A program made the translations under genes and the position numbers. Of a stretch of DNA of 22,209 nucleotides, positions 1 to 8,499 are shown piece after piece; positions within the stretch are counted from its first letter, which is position 1, and each line of letters opens with the position of its first letter. The notes beneath the pieces were generated by a model, which saw nothing but the letters and a program-made list of their open reading frames with translations, ran no database searches and had not been told where the DNA came from. Source of the DNA: a virus (taxonomy: Duplodnaviria > Heunggongvirae > Uroviricota > Caudoviricetes); the IMG/VR virus record IMGVR_UViG_2526164633_000039; one strand, written 5' to 3'.

Positions 1-1239
1 CTACTTGCTAACCACGAGCGGCAAATCCAGTGTTGGTGTGATTTTTGTTTTACGATCGTAAATCAACACCTGATTTTCTGTTTTATGCCCGCTGAAAATT
101 TGTTTGTCGCGACTGCTGCCTTCGTAATCTGAGATCCCCTTGGCTTTTATGTCGTGAAAATTACACCCGAACGGAACGCCAACTTTTTGCTCGGCTGCGC
201 GTTTAGCCTGATTCCACCAGTTATTCAGCGTTTTAGCTATGACTTTCCCGCCTTTGGTTGTATTGATCACATATTCGCATGTACAGGAAGATACATTTCG
301 GGCTAACTGGATCGCTGTACGTAATCGCGGTGACCATTCCTTGATTTGTTTGGTGCCGGTTTTGTTTTGCTCAATGTAGATCCCTTTATCCATAATATCC
401 TGCCATTTCAACTCAAGCACATCACCGAGTCTTGCCGCACAGAGATAGGAAATCTCCATTGCAATGCGTAACTGTGGAATTGCTTCCGCATATATCGCCG
501 CATACTGTTCATCGGTGATGTAAACAGTGCGGGCTTTAAGAGAGAATTTTCTGACTCCTTTGCATGGGTTATTCTTCACATACCCACGCTCATATCCCCA
601 CCCGTATACTCGACTCAGGCTTGCCAGTTCATGATTTGCCTGGGTCTTGCTCTCAAGCCCTCGTTTATCCATGAAAATTCTTACCTGCTCAGTTTTGACA
701 TTATCAGCAAGCACTTTTCCGAATACCATCAGCAACGCCTTCTGATGTTGTCGATAATCTTTTTGGGTTCGGGGGGCCAGTTCTGTAAATGCAGGGGAGT
801 CCATAAACATGTGCCATAATTTAGCTACGGTCATTATGTTGTGGAGTTTTGCTTTTTCCAGTTCATAATTTTGCCAGACTTTAGCTACGCTGGTTTTCCG
901 CACTCTTCCTAGCCCTATACTTCTTGTACTTCCTTCGGGTTTCCACACGTAACTGTAACCATTCGATCTAACCCGCGGTGGCAGTACATTATCTTTTTTA
1001 TTTTTCTTGGTCTTCCCATTGTTCAGCGCCTCAAAATCGGGTTCAGCAGAAACCAGTTCAGATGTTTTTGGCATCGTTGTCAGACCGTGTGGAATATCCC
1101 TGCGGAGAACTATGGGTTCGTTTTTAGGGCCGATTACAAATGGGATGCCGTGCAGTCTTAACTGGTGTTGCTGTTTTGTGTATCGCTCGTATTTCGTGAT
1201 CTCTTTAATCTCTGCTGGAGATAGAGTTAATTCGTACAT
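1..1239 (-). CDS. int: Phage integrase, tyrosine recombinase family
   Basis: Minus-strand ORF with stop at 1-3. Start chosen at the internal ATG at 1237-1239 (protein begins MYELTLSPAEIK) because the track's longer start at 1377 overlaps the upstream gene. The C-terminal half carries recombinase-like ARLGD, HDIKAKGIS and LIYDR motifs. Terminal position next to exo is typical of lambdoid prophages. Confidence 0.8.
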   Translation of the reverse strand: MYELTLSPAEIKEITKYERYTKQQHQLRLHGIPFVIGPKNEPIVLRRDIPHGLTTMPKTSELVSAEPDFEALNNGKTKKNKKDNVLPPRVRSNGYSYVWKPEGSTRSIGLGRVRKTSVAKVWQNYELEKAKLHNIMTVAKLWHMFMDSPAFTELAPRTQKDYRQHQKALLMVFGKVLADNVKTEQVRIFMDKRGLESKTQANHELASLSRVYGWGYERGYVKNNPCKGVRKFSLKARTVYITDEQYAAIYAEAIPQLRIAMEISYLCAARLGDVLELKWQDIMDKGIYIEQNKTGTKQIKEWSPRLRTAIQLARNVSSCTCEYVINTTKGGKVIAKTLNNWWNQAKRAAEQKVGVPFGCNFHDIKAKGISDYEGSSRDKQIFSGHKTENQVLIYDRKTKITPTLDLPLVVSK

Positions 1240-1306
1240 GTGGTCACGTGCCTTTACAGCATGACCGCCGCCACTATAGCTGGTGGGCGGCGATATGGGT
1301 TGAACA

Positions 1307-3778
1307 TTAAAAATCAGCCTGACTCGGGAGCAGTTTTTGCCAGATGGCTGAAACGTATTTCGCCTGGTAACGTGCATCGTTCAGAGCGTTATGGCGTTCA
1401 CCTTCGAATGGAATAGTCGTTCTTGCGTCGAAATCCATCACCAGTCCCAGAGCAACCATCGTTCTTACATCGCGATCATTGGTGTAACGCCACGGGCAGG
1501 GGATCCCCTGCCGTTCATATGAACGGCGTAAAATCACGTTGTCGAAAGTTGCACCGTTACCCCAGACCTGAACAAAAAATTCACCGGAGTTTTCGTCGAT
1601 AAATTCCCGCAATTGTAACAGTGCATCATCTAACGGGATTTCATCGGTCATAATGGCAGATTGCGCTTCGCGTGATTGCTTAAGCCACCATTTAATGGTG
1701 TCCCGATCAATGACTCCGCCAGCAGTTTCCAGATCAATAGTCTTACTAAATTCCGGTCCCATATCTCCGGTTTGCGGATCGAAAAATATTGCACCTATTG
1801 AGATAATCGGGGCATCAGGATTTTTTCCCATGGTTTCAAGGTCGATCATTAGATGGTCACACGTCCTGCTGGTGGATGTGATAACGTGATGACCGTTCAC
1901 CGTAATTAAGGGATCTGCCGTCTCGCCAGTTTCACTATCGCTGGCGTGATCCTGAGCGCTACCAGCATTCTCCTTGTGTGGATGTTCAGCGCCTTCCATT
2001 TCCTCCGGATCATTTTCCTGAACTTCAACCTGATTCTCTTCATCGAATGTTTCCTGGTATGTTGCGTCACCCATCACCGCGCCACAATCATGGCAGTTGC
2101 CACCACCGCTTTGACCGCAGGCGGTGCAGACTTTTTCCGGTTCCTGTTGCGCTACTGGCTCAGGTTGTTTCGTTTCTGGCTCGTTTTGTTGCGTATTTGG
2201 GCTGTTTTGTTCCGCTTTCTGGTCGTTCTGTTCCGATTCTTGCTGGTTCTGGTTTACAGAATCGCGGGTTTCCATCCCCTTTACCCATTTCGGATCATTC
2301 GGGTCGCTAATCCCTGCAACAAATTCTCCGCGAGAGGCAGCAAGCAACTTATCGGCGTCAGGCTGGCTGATATTGGCTGCCTGCATAATTTTGTTTACTT
2401 CGTCAGCGGTAACTTTTACCGGCTCTGGTTGTGCGGTCGTGTCAGATGCACCAGTATTTTGTTGTGAACCTGAGTATGTACTGTTTTTGCGGGCGAAATA
2501 TTCTTCTTTCGTGATTTCAGTAGCCCCGGCAGCCAGTGCCTTATCCAGACCAGAAAGTTTGTTTGCGCGACCGTATTTTTCGCCATCCTTGTCGGTGAAG
2601 AGGAAGTAGAACGGCCCCTCACGCTCTACAGATGGTTCGACTTCCACTTTGCATTCGGTTTTTTCGTTGTCCGGAATTGCCGTTTCCACTGCATCAGTTT
2701 CTGGTACTGACGACGAGAGAGTATCAGTTGCGCTCTGATTTGTTCCTTCATCTTCAAACACGCCCTTTGTAGTCAGGTATTCAGTAATGTATTTGTTCAG
2801 TGCCACAGGGTCTTTGTGAATGTCGATCGGACGTTCACGGACAAGGCCAAAAATAGTCTGGCGGTCGTAGCGAAGGGCATCAGGCTGTTTGCGCATTGAT
2901 GTCGAGATACGCTTCCAGTCTTCGCGGTCGTTGTCGATAACTTCATTTTTTGCCCAGCGATGGATGCTGCCGTCAATGTTTCCGGCATCCACATCACCAG
3001 GCCAGAGAGCGTAGGCCAGTTCGTCATCCAGTGTTTTCCATGTCTGCTTGTATTCGCGATGAATGGCAGCAATGACCAGGCTGATTTTTCCTGTTGAATT
3101 TTCAGTGTGCTGTTGATTGACTCTGGCGCGGGCGAGATCAACAACAGACGTGTATTTTCCGGTTTCCTTGCGTTCACCTTCGCGACGTTTTTTCCAGATG
3201 CGCATCTCTGCCTGAATTTCGGGCCATTTGGCACCAGGCTTACATTTATGCTTAACCCACCCGATGGCATGCAGCTTAAGCTCCGGATACATGGCGTTAA
3301 CTTCTGGCATTTTCATCAACGCTTCAACGATATGTCCGTCGAATGTTGCCATGTCTTCCTGCAACAATTCCTGTGCGCTAATAACCATATCAACGGTGAT
3401 GTTTTCACATGTGTCGAACTTAACCATGACAGCGTTCTGTACTTCAGGGGCCAGCTTGTCAAAAGTGACGTTCATCGGATCGGATTCAGTCTCAACCGGG
3501 ACAAAGGAAGCAGACTCCTCATCCCAGCGGTTTTCCTGCATATATTCAGCATCCCAGGAATCGAGGGCAGGGCGGGGTATGCCGGGTTTATCCTCACAGA
3601 CAATAAATTTATAAGCGCAGTCCTGAGCTGCAGGGAATTGCTCCAGAAATTGCCAATGAAATTTTGCGCGTGCGCGACGCTCATCACCAGCTTCAATGGC
3701 AGTGGCCACCGCAACAGCGCTATCTTCTTTTATGGCCTGTTCATCAGGAATAGCAGCGCAAATAAAGACTTTACTCAT
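1307..3778 (-). CDS. Large phage exonuclease (823 aa) with a C-terminal DnaQ-like DEDDh 3'-5' exonuclease domain, a Cys4 cluster and an acidic low-complexity linker
   Basis: ATG at 3776-3778 with GAGGT about 9 nt upstream. C-terminus shows [12 protein letters not shown] and HNALNDARY motifs typical of DEDDh exonucleases. [16 protein letters not shown] suggests a zinc ribbon. Sits between int and the dicB operon, as in EHEC-type lambdoid prophages. Confidence 0.65.
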   Translation of the reverse strand: MSKVFICAAIPDEQAIKEDSAVAVATAIEAGDERRARAKFHWQFLEQFPAAQDCAYKFIVCEDKPGIPRPALDSWDAEYMQENRWDEESASFVPVETESDPMNVTFDKLAPEVQNAVMVKFDTCENITVDMVISAQELLQEDMATFDGHIVEALMKMPEVNAMYPELKLHAIGWVKHKCKPGAKWPEIQAEMRIWKKRREGERKETGKYTSVVDLARARVNQQHTENSTGKISLVIAAIHREYKQTWKTLDDELAYALWPGDVDAGNIDGSIHRWAKNEVIDNDREDWKRISTSMRKQPDALRYDRQTIFGLVRERPIDIHKDPVALNKYITEYLTTKGVFEDEGTNQSATDTLSSSVPETDAVETAIPDNEKTECKVEVEPSVEREGPFYFLFTDKDGEKYGRANKLSGLDKALAAGATEITKEEYFARKNSTYSGSQQNTGASDTTAQPEPVKVTADEVNKIMQAANISQPDADKLLAASRGEFVAGISDPNDPKWVKGMETRDSVNQNQQESEQNDQKAEQNSPNTQQNEPETKQPEPVAQQEPEKVCTACGQSGGGNCHDCGAVMGDATYQETFDEENQVEVQENDPEEMEGAEHPHKENAGSAQDHASDSETGETADPLITVNGHHVITSTSRTCDHLMIDLETMGKNPDAPIISIGAIFFDPQTGDMGPEFSKTIDLETAGGVIDRDTIKWWLKQSREAQSAIMTDEIPLDDALLQLREFIDENSGEFFVQVWGNGATFDNVILRRSYERQGIPCPWRYTNDRDVRTMVALGLVMDFDARTTIPFEGERHNALNDARYQAKYVSAIWQKLLPSQADF

Positions 3779-3870
3779 TTTGTTTTACCTCATTACAGAT
3801 TTAAGGGTGAACAAATCCCTGCCATTGCTGGCATATAAGAATGAAACCGGATATTTATTACGGAACTGTT

Positions 3871-4062
3871 TTAAAGACCTGCCGGGATTTCGTTATTATC
3901 CTGGTGAATAACTTTATCGACCGGGTAACAGTTACCGGGAATTTTCTGTTCGGTTGCTGCAGTCACACACTCCTGCATTGTCCTGTGAACACTGACTGCA
4001 ATATCAACTGGCTCTCCGGAAACAAGAAAAACTGTCAGAACAAGTGCAAATGCTGTATTCAT
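3871..4062 (-). CDS. ydfD: Small protein (63 aa) with N-terminal hydrophobic segment, YdfD-like (Qin prophage lysis protein) by position and size
   Basis: Start ATG at 4060-4062 overlaps the dicB-like stop as ATGA. Protein MNTAFALVLTVFLVSGEPVDIAV... Sits immediately downstream of dicB as in Qin. Name is from recollection. Confidence 0.5.
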   Translation of the reverse strand: MNTAFALVLTVFLVSGEPVDIAVSVHRTMQECVTAATEQKIPGNCYPVDKVIHQDNNEIPAGL

Positions 4063-4247
4063 TGCCAGCATCCTTTTTGTATCGGACGTAAACGGGCCAG
4101 CATTGAAAGAATGCATATTTTATTTAATAACTCCCGTTCGTGTTTTCTCTTGTTAATGGCATCTTCAGTAAATACAGGGTTACTGATAGTGACACCAATT
4201 TCAAAACAACCTTCAGACGTATTAACGTTTGGTAATAACGTTTCCAT
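4059..4247 (-). CDS. dicB: DicB-like cell-division inhibitor (62 aa)
   Basis: Internal ATG of track ORF 4059..4352 at 4245-4247, preceded by GAGGA. Protein METLLPNVNTSEGCFEIGVTISNPVFTEDAINKRK... matches my recollection of E. coli DicB. DicF lies just upstream. Confidence 0.65.
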   Translation of the reverse strand: METLLPNVNTSEGCFEIGVTISNPVFTEDAINKRKHERELLNKICILSMLARLRPIQKGCWQ

Positions 4248-4427
4248 TATCGCGTCCTCAACAATGAATTTTGTGATGCGATGCCTGGTGCCTCCAGGTG
4301 ACGTTAACCAGTTAACAATTAACGCCGGATACAGAGAATCCACCCATAACACTGTTTTTGGTTTTAACTGTTCCGCGTGCGCTCAGCCGCATTCACCACA
4401 TCACAAAATTCACTTTAAAAAGGGCGG

Positions 4428-4485
4428 CAGAGCAGTCACGGAGTAAAACTGATACCGCCAAACGTCACCAGAAAATTGATAACAG
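4428..4485 (-). ncRNA. dicF: DicF small regulatory RNA (ftsZ-targeting) with intrinsic terminator
   Basis: Reverse complement of 4433-4485 reads TTTCTGGTGACGTTTGGCGGTATCAGTTTTACTCCGTGACTGCTCTGCCGCCC followed by a T-run, matching the DicF sequence as I recall it. GGCGG...CCGCC forms the terminator stem. Confidence 0.65.
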
Positions 4486-4815
4486 AGGGCGTTGCAGCGG
4501 GGTTGTCACTTAAGCGTATGGTCAACCTGACAACCCGGTGTCCTCAACGGGGGAAGGAATAACCCCGCCATACTTACCGCCGCGCCATTTCGCGGATTGC
4601 CACAACCGGAAGCGCACGGTCGACGAAAATTTAACGACAGGCTATCTATGAACCAGCTACCTCGCCGTGCGCTTTCGCGTTATGGTCTGACTTTTCAGGG
4701 AAATATCCTTTCAGTAAACTGTCAATGCCGGATGCTCACCCATGTCCGGCGCACGCACTCCACCTCACCCGTGGAGAACTCCTTAATTACCAACCTTAGC
4801 TTCGTTGGTTAGCTA

Positions 4816-5034
4816 TTAACGCGGGTATGTAATCATTCTGGCAATGCTTAATGCCGCTGCTTTTTCCAGCCTGGTGATATCCTGCTCCAGAGCGGACAGA
4901 TTTTCAGCCTGCTTAGCCCTGGCTTCATTGGCCCATTTCAGATCCTGCGCTGCATTAATTTTCTGGCGCATCCACTCATAAAGTTCATCATCGGTATAGT
5001 CTGGCGAGATGATGACGGGTTCTCGTTTCTGCAT
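4816..5034 (-). CDS. Hypothetical 72-aa protein (YdfC-like by size and position)
   Basis: Track ORF with GAGGAA RBS upstream of the ATG at 5032-5034. Third small gene upstream of dicF in the dicB-type operon. Confidence 0.45.
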   Translation of the reverse strand: MQKREPVIISPDYTDDELYEWMRQKINAAQDLKWANEARAKQAENLSALEQDITRLEKAAALSIARMITYPR

Positions 5035-5063
5035 ACTGATTCCTCGCGGTGCTGCTTCGCTTA

Positions 5064-5192
5064 TCAGCCGTTAGATTTTGCCGAGCTGGAAAGCGCCTGT
5101 TTAAACTCACTGAAGCTGAGAGCTTCTTCGCCTTCGGCAAGGCCTTCGAAGTATTCTTCGTAAGCCTTTTCCATGATTGTGTCGAAATCCAT
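5064..5192 (-). CDS. Hypothetical 42-aa acidic protein (YdfB-like by size and position)
   Basis: Not in the track (<60 aa). Hand translation of the minus strand gives MDFDTIMEKAYEEYFEGLAEGEEALSFSEFKQALSSSAKSNG, with an AGGTGA RBS before the ATG at 5190-5192. Fits tightly between neighbouring genes. Confidence 0.4.
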   Translation of the reverse strand: MDFDTIMEKAYEEYFEGLAEGEEALSFSEFKQALSSSAKSNG

Positions 5193-5193
5193 A

Positions 5194-5349
5194 TCACTCA
5201 CCTGAGTTTCTTTCCAGCCAGCGACGGGCACCATTTTCGGTTTTAAACGTTTTGCTTCTGGTATACGTCATCGCGGTAAACGTGCCGTCCTGGTTGGGAA
5301 ACACGCCGCATACCAGAGATTCGTTGTTGCCAAGATCGATAGTATTCAT
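5194..5349 (-). CDS. Hypothetical 51-aa protein (YdfA-like by size and position)
   Basis: Internal ATG at 5347-5349 of track ORF 5194..5403 with GAGG 6 nt upstream. Protein MNTIDLGNNESLVCGVFPNQDGTF... First gene after the operator-bearing intergenic region. Confidence 0.45.
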   Translation of the reverse strand: MNTIDLGNNESLVCGVFPNQDGTFTAMTYTRSKTFKTENGARRWLERNSGE

Positions 5350-5429
5350 GCTGACCTCATTTCCCCTTAACGCCGGGGTAGCGGAACTGTTTGCTGAGAA
5401 CACCGTGCGGTGTCTTGGTGGAGATTAAT

Positions 5430-5481
5430 TTAGAATAACCTAACAAATGTAGCAAGTATTTTTGTTAGATTGGTCTAACAA
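5430..5481. promoter_or_regulatory. Two palindromic operator-like sites (TTAGAATAACCTAACA and TTGTTAGATTGGTCTAACAA) upstream of the early-left small-gene operon
   Basis: 5462-5481 is a perfect 8+4+8 inverted repeat sharing the TGTTAG/CTAACA half-site with the sites at 5927-5991. Consistent with a repressor-controlled promoter of the dicB-type operon. Confidence 0.4.
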
Positions 5482-5516
5482 AAAGAGTGAGGGAATCTAA
5501 GTATCTGAAAGGAGTG

Positions 5517-5924
5517 TTATTTTATTGATTTGTTTTTACGTGCTTTAAGCATTTCTTCGAAGAGTTTATTGAAATTCTCTACTCTTGCGCGCATTTCAGA
5601 CAGTAAGGCTTCCTGCTCGGAGGAGGGAAGAGCATCGAATAATTCGATCAATTCTTTGTGGCTGGGAGTTAACTCGGTTTCCACATGAAGTTCTTGTGCT
5701 GGCACTGGTGCCTTGTCTTCGTCACCAAACATTAGCCATGTAGGCGAGCACTTCAGCGCATCAGCTAAAGCAAATAACCGCTTCCCGACCGGTTGGGTTT
5801 CGTCTCTTTCCCATTGTGAAATTGTGACGTGAGCTACCCCAGCGAGGCGTGCAGCTTCTCGTTGTGTTAGGCGTAATTCTTTTCGTCGTGCCAGAACTCG
5901 CTGGCCTAGGGTTCTTGTATCCAT
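5517..5924 (-). CDS. dicA: XRE-family HTH repressor, DicA/CI-like (135 aa)
   Basis: ATG at 5922-5924. HTH signature LTQREAARLAGVAHVTISQWERDE. C-terminal CSPTWLMFGDEDK and EMRARVENFNKLFEEMLKAR resemble DicA as I recall it. Divergent from a Cro/DicC-like gene. Confidence 0.7.
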   Translation of the reverse strand: MDTRTLGQRVLARRKELRLTQREAARLAGVAHVTISQWERDETQPVGKRLFALADALKCSPTWLMFGDEDKAPVPAQELHVETELTPSHKELIELFDALPSSEQEALLSEMRARVENFNKLFEEMLKARKNKSIK

Positions 5925-5926
5925 AG

Positions 5927-5991
5927 TTAGGTAATTCTAATTTTTCTTGACTTAGGTATCCCGCGCACATTACTGTTAGGAATATCTAACA
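5927..5991. promoter_or_regulatory. Divergent promoter/operator region with palindromes TTAGGTAATTCTAA (5927-5940) and TGTTAGGAATATCTAACA (5974-5991)
   Basis: Inverted repeats with the same half-site as 5430-5481, lying between the divergent repressor and cro-like genes. A TTGACT -35-like hexamer sits at about 5947-5952. Confidence 0.45.
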
Positions 5992-6004
5992 AGAGGGGGC
6001 TTTG

Positions 6005-6232
6005 ATGCTTAAAGTTGACGCAATTACTTTTTTTGGCAGCAAAACAAAACTTGCCAATGCCGCAGGAGTGAAACTGGCAAGTGTTGCTGCATGGGGGGAA
6101 CTGGTTCCTGAAGGTCGCGCGATGCGCCTGCAAGAGGCATCCGGCGGGGAACTTCAGTACGACCCCAAAGTTTATGACGAATATCGTAAGGCAAAGCGGG
6201 CGGGGCGGTTGAACAATGAAAATCACCCCTGA
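6005..6232 (+). CDS. dicC: Cro/DicC-like small DNA-binding protein (75 aa from ATG; TTG at 6002 possible)
   Basis: AGAGGGGG RBS 5-8 nt upstream of the ATG at 6005. Divergent from the repressor. Sequence MLKVDAITFFGSKTKLANAAGVKLASVAAW... is YdaS/DicC-like. Confidence 0.6.
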   Translation: MLKVDAITFFGSKTKLANAAGVKLASVAAWGELVPEGRAMRLQEASGGELQYDPKVYDEYRKAKRAGRLNNENHP

Positions 6233-6737
6233 ACAGGTTTGTGAGGCTCTGGATGCCTGGGTATGCCGACCAGGAATGACACAGGAGCAGGCGACGATAT
6301 TAATCACGGAAGCATTCTGGGCTCTGAAAGAACGCCCGAACATCGATGTTCAACGCGTCACGTTTAATGATGGCGAGGTTGATCAACGGGCGTTGGGCGT
6401 TAACCGGGTGAAGATATTCGAACGCTGGAAAGCTATCGACACCAGGGATAAGCGGGAAAAATTCACGGCGCTGATTCCGGCAATTATGGAGGCTATCCGG
6501 ATCAGCGATTTCAGGTTGTATTGTGAAATTACTGACGGAAAAAGCATTACGTACATGATCGCCGGGTTAAACAAAGAATATGGTGATGTGGTGGAGTCCG
6601 GGCTGCTTTTTGCGGATCCATCTGTTGTGGAACGTGAGACTGACGAGCTTATAGAAAAAGCTATTGCTTTCAAGCATGCGTATCGTCAGCAATACCAACA
6701 AAAAGCTGGATGGAATTATGAGCCTTCTTTTTGCTGA
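6216..6737 (+). CDS. Hypothetical 173-aa protein in the cII position (possibly YdaT-family)
   Basis: Track ORF overlapping the end of the dicC-like gene. Family assignment is a weak recollection only. Confidence 0.4.
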   Translation: MKITPEQVCEALDAWVCRPGMTQEQATILITEAFWALKERPNIDVQRVTFNDGEVDQRALGVNRVKIFERWKAIDTRDKREKFTALIPAIMEAIRISDFRLYCEITDGKSITYMIAGLNKEYGDVVESGLLFADPSVVERETDELIEKAIAFKHAYRQQYQQKAGWNYEPSFC

Positions 6738-7683
6738 ACGCCCACTGGTTATAAACACACAGCTTGCGATGAAGATTGGCTTAAATGAAGCCATTGTGTT
6801 GCAGCAGTTGCATTACTGGTTGAGAGATACCAGTTCCGGTATGGAATGTGACGGGGTTCGCTGGATTTATAACACAACAGAACAATGGCTGGAACAGTTC
6901 CCGTTCTGGTCAGAGTCAACGTTAAAACGCGCATTTGCAAGTCTGAAAACGCTGGGGCTTTTGCGTTGCGAAAAGCTCAACAAATCAAAGCGTGATATGA
7001 CTAATTTTTACACGATTAATTACGAGAGTGAGCTTTTAGATGGTGGCAAAGTGAGCGAATCCATCAGGTCAAAATGCGCCGCTCCATCGGGTCAAAATGA
7101 CACGATGGAAGAGGTCAAAATGGCACGCTCCATTGGTTCAAAACGACCCAATGTCATCGGGTCAAAATGGCCTGATGATCTTACAGAGAATACAACAGAG
7201 ATTACTACAGAGAATAAAAACACTTCTCGTCCGGAAGCTTCGCAACCGGACCCGCAGACGGCTGAACAGGATTTTTTAACCCGACACCCTGACGCGGTTG
7301 TGTTCAGTGCGAAAAAACGCCAGTGGGGAAGTCAGGAAGATTTGGCGTGCGCACAGTGGATCTGGGGACGAATCGTGAGTCTTTACGAGCAGGCTGCCAG
7401 CGATGATGGCGAGATCACGCGACCGAAAGAACCAAACTGGACCGCATGGGCCAATGACGTGCGCACAATGCGGATGCTGGATGGCAGAAGCCACAGACAA
7501 ATTTGCGAAATGTTTGGTCGGGTACAGCGAGATCCATTCTGGGTAAAAAACATCATGAGCCCGTCAAAGCTTCGCGAAAAATGGGACGACCTGGTCATCC
7601 GCCTGGGGCGTTCACCTGTACAGTGTTGTGTGAATCATATTTCTGAACCGGATACCGAAATTCCGCCTGGTTTCAGGGGATAA
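6718..7683 (+). CDS. Replication initiator, phage O-like, with origin iterons embedded in the coding sequence
   Basis: Start chosen at the ATG at 6718 (MSLLFAERPLVINTQLAMKIGLNEAIVLQQLHYWL, winged-helix-like N-terminus); alternative starts at 6664 and 6676. Contains five about 17-bp repeats at 23-bp spacing followed by an AT-rich tract, as in lambda O/ori. Confidence 0.6.
   Translation: MSLLFAERPLVINTQLAMKIGLNEAIVLQQLHYWLRDTSSGMECDGVRWIYNTTEQWLEQFPFWSESTLKRAFASLKTLGLLRCEKLNKSKRDMTNFYTINYESELLDGGKVSESIRSKCAAPSGQNDTMEEVKMARSIGSKRPNVIGSKWPDDLTENTTEITTENKNTSRPEASQPDPQTAEQDFLTRHPDAVVFSAKKRQWGSQEDLACAQWIWGRIVSLYEQAASDDGEITRPKEPNWTAWANDVRTMRMLDGRSHRQICEMFGRVQRDPFWVKNIMSPSKLREKWDDLVIRLGRSPVQCCVNHISEPDTEIPPGFRG
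7060..7169. repeat. Iteron array: five copies of about TCCATCGGGTCAAAATG at 23-bp periodicity (candidate replication origin)
   Basis: Copies start near 7060, 7083, 7106, 7129 and 7152 (TCCATCAGGTCAAAATG, TCCATCGGGTCAAAATG, GAAGAGGTCAAAATG, TCCATTGGTTCAAAACG, TCATCGGGTCAAAATG). An A/T-rich ACAGAGAATA-type tract follows at 7176-7240. Confidence 0.65.
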
Positions 7684-7723
7684 GTGGTGATTTTAGGGCA
7701 TAAAGTAATGTTCAGGAGGACTT

Positions 7724-8131
7724 ATGGCAAAAGTATTTACACAGGAAGAGCGGGAAAAAATTAAAGGACAGGTGGTGGAACTCGTGCGCCAGAGCGGTCG
7801 TGAGACGTTACGGCAACTGGAAGCTAAAACAGGTGCGACAAGATATCTGATGAGCGTTCTTGCCAGAGAGCTGGTTGCCAGTGGTGATGTATATCACTCT
7901 GGCTATGGGGTGTTCCCGTCAGAACGGGCTCGTAAGGACTGGCAAAACGCCCGCAAAAAACTCTCGAGGGCAAAGGTGAAGAAACCTGTTGTGGTTGATC
8001 CGGGCCTTATCTGGACATTACCCGACGGAGAAATACGCCGCTACGACAGGCGTATGAACATAATCTGTCGCGAGTGCCGGAAGAGCGAAGTTATGCAGCG
8101 TGTATTGGCGTTCTATCAGGGATATGCCTAG
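7724..8131 (+). CDS. Hypothetical 135-aa protein, possible winged-helix DNA-binding N-terminus
   Basis: Strong AGGAGGA RBS before the ATG at 7724. No confident family assignment. Confidence 0.5.
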   Translation: MAKVFTQEEREKIKGQVVELVRQSGRETLRQLEAKTGATRYLMSVLARELVASGDVYHSGYGVFPSERARKDWQNARKKLSRAKVKKPVVVDPGLIWTLPDGEIRRYDRRMNIICRECRKSEVMQRVLAFYQGYA

Positions 8132-8177
8132 AATTGTCACAGGTAATGAAATTAAAGAGTATTGGTTCGGATATGAA

Positions 8178-8206
8178 TTGACATTTTCGCGGCACAGAGC
8201 TAAAAA
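8178..8206 (+). promoter_or_regulatory. Candidate sigma70 promoter (TTGACA, 17-bp spacer, TAAAAA) directed toward the SIR2-like gene
   Basis: TTGACA at 8178-8183, 17-nt spacer, TAAAAA(T) at 8201-8207, about 290 bp upstream of the 8500 start codon inside an AT-rich non-coding stretch. Confidence 0.3.
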
Positions 8207-8499
8207 TAGCCTACTTGTTGGTTTTGTGTGAAAAGCAGACATTTTGAGGCTCAGGATTTGTTATCAAATAAGACCAATACTTATCTATATTAATACACAT
8301 TAAATACTGTGCAATACATTATTGCATTTTATTAGATAAGCGATATTTAGGGAAAAGAAAAGTCATAGAAAACAGGCCGCTATTTGTTGTTGGATTTTAT
8401 AGGCTATATCTAGATTATCTTGCCACTGCGGTCTCTGTTTACCTAACAGCTTGGGCTTCTTTGCATGCAAGTTTGTAATAACAAGAGTAATCAAACGGA

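Noticed and set aside
1240-1377. Longer integrase start at 1377 as given by the ORF track (458 aa)
   Set aside because: That extension overlaps the 3' end of the exonuclease gene and encodes a Pro/Gly-rich non-conserved leader. The internal ATG at 1239 gives a typical integrase N-terminus.
1946-3838. Several long plus-strand ORFs (for example 1946..2467, 2124..2609, 3107..3838) overlapping the exonuclease gene
   Set aside because: They are antisense shadow ORFs inside a well-supported minus-strand gene. Their translations are low-complexity, Cys/Phe-rich and lack start context.
3841-4446. 201-aa plus-strand ORF 3841..4446
   Set aside because: It lies antisense to the dicB-like and ydfD-like genes and the DicF region. 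Its Cys-rich, low-complexity translation has no RBS support.
4988-5246. Track ORFs 4988..5197 (minus) and 5049..5246 (plus)
   Set aside because: Both overlap the better-supported 42-aa minus-strand ORF (5064..5192), which has an RBS and packs cleanly between its neighbours. They are alternative frames of the same DNA.
7060-7169. Possible CRISPR array suggested by regularly spaced repeats
   Set aside because: Repeats are about 17 bp at 23-bp spacing with only about 6 bp between them, and they lie inside the O-like coding sequence. This is an iteron-type origin, not repeat-spacer architecture.
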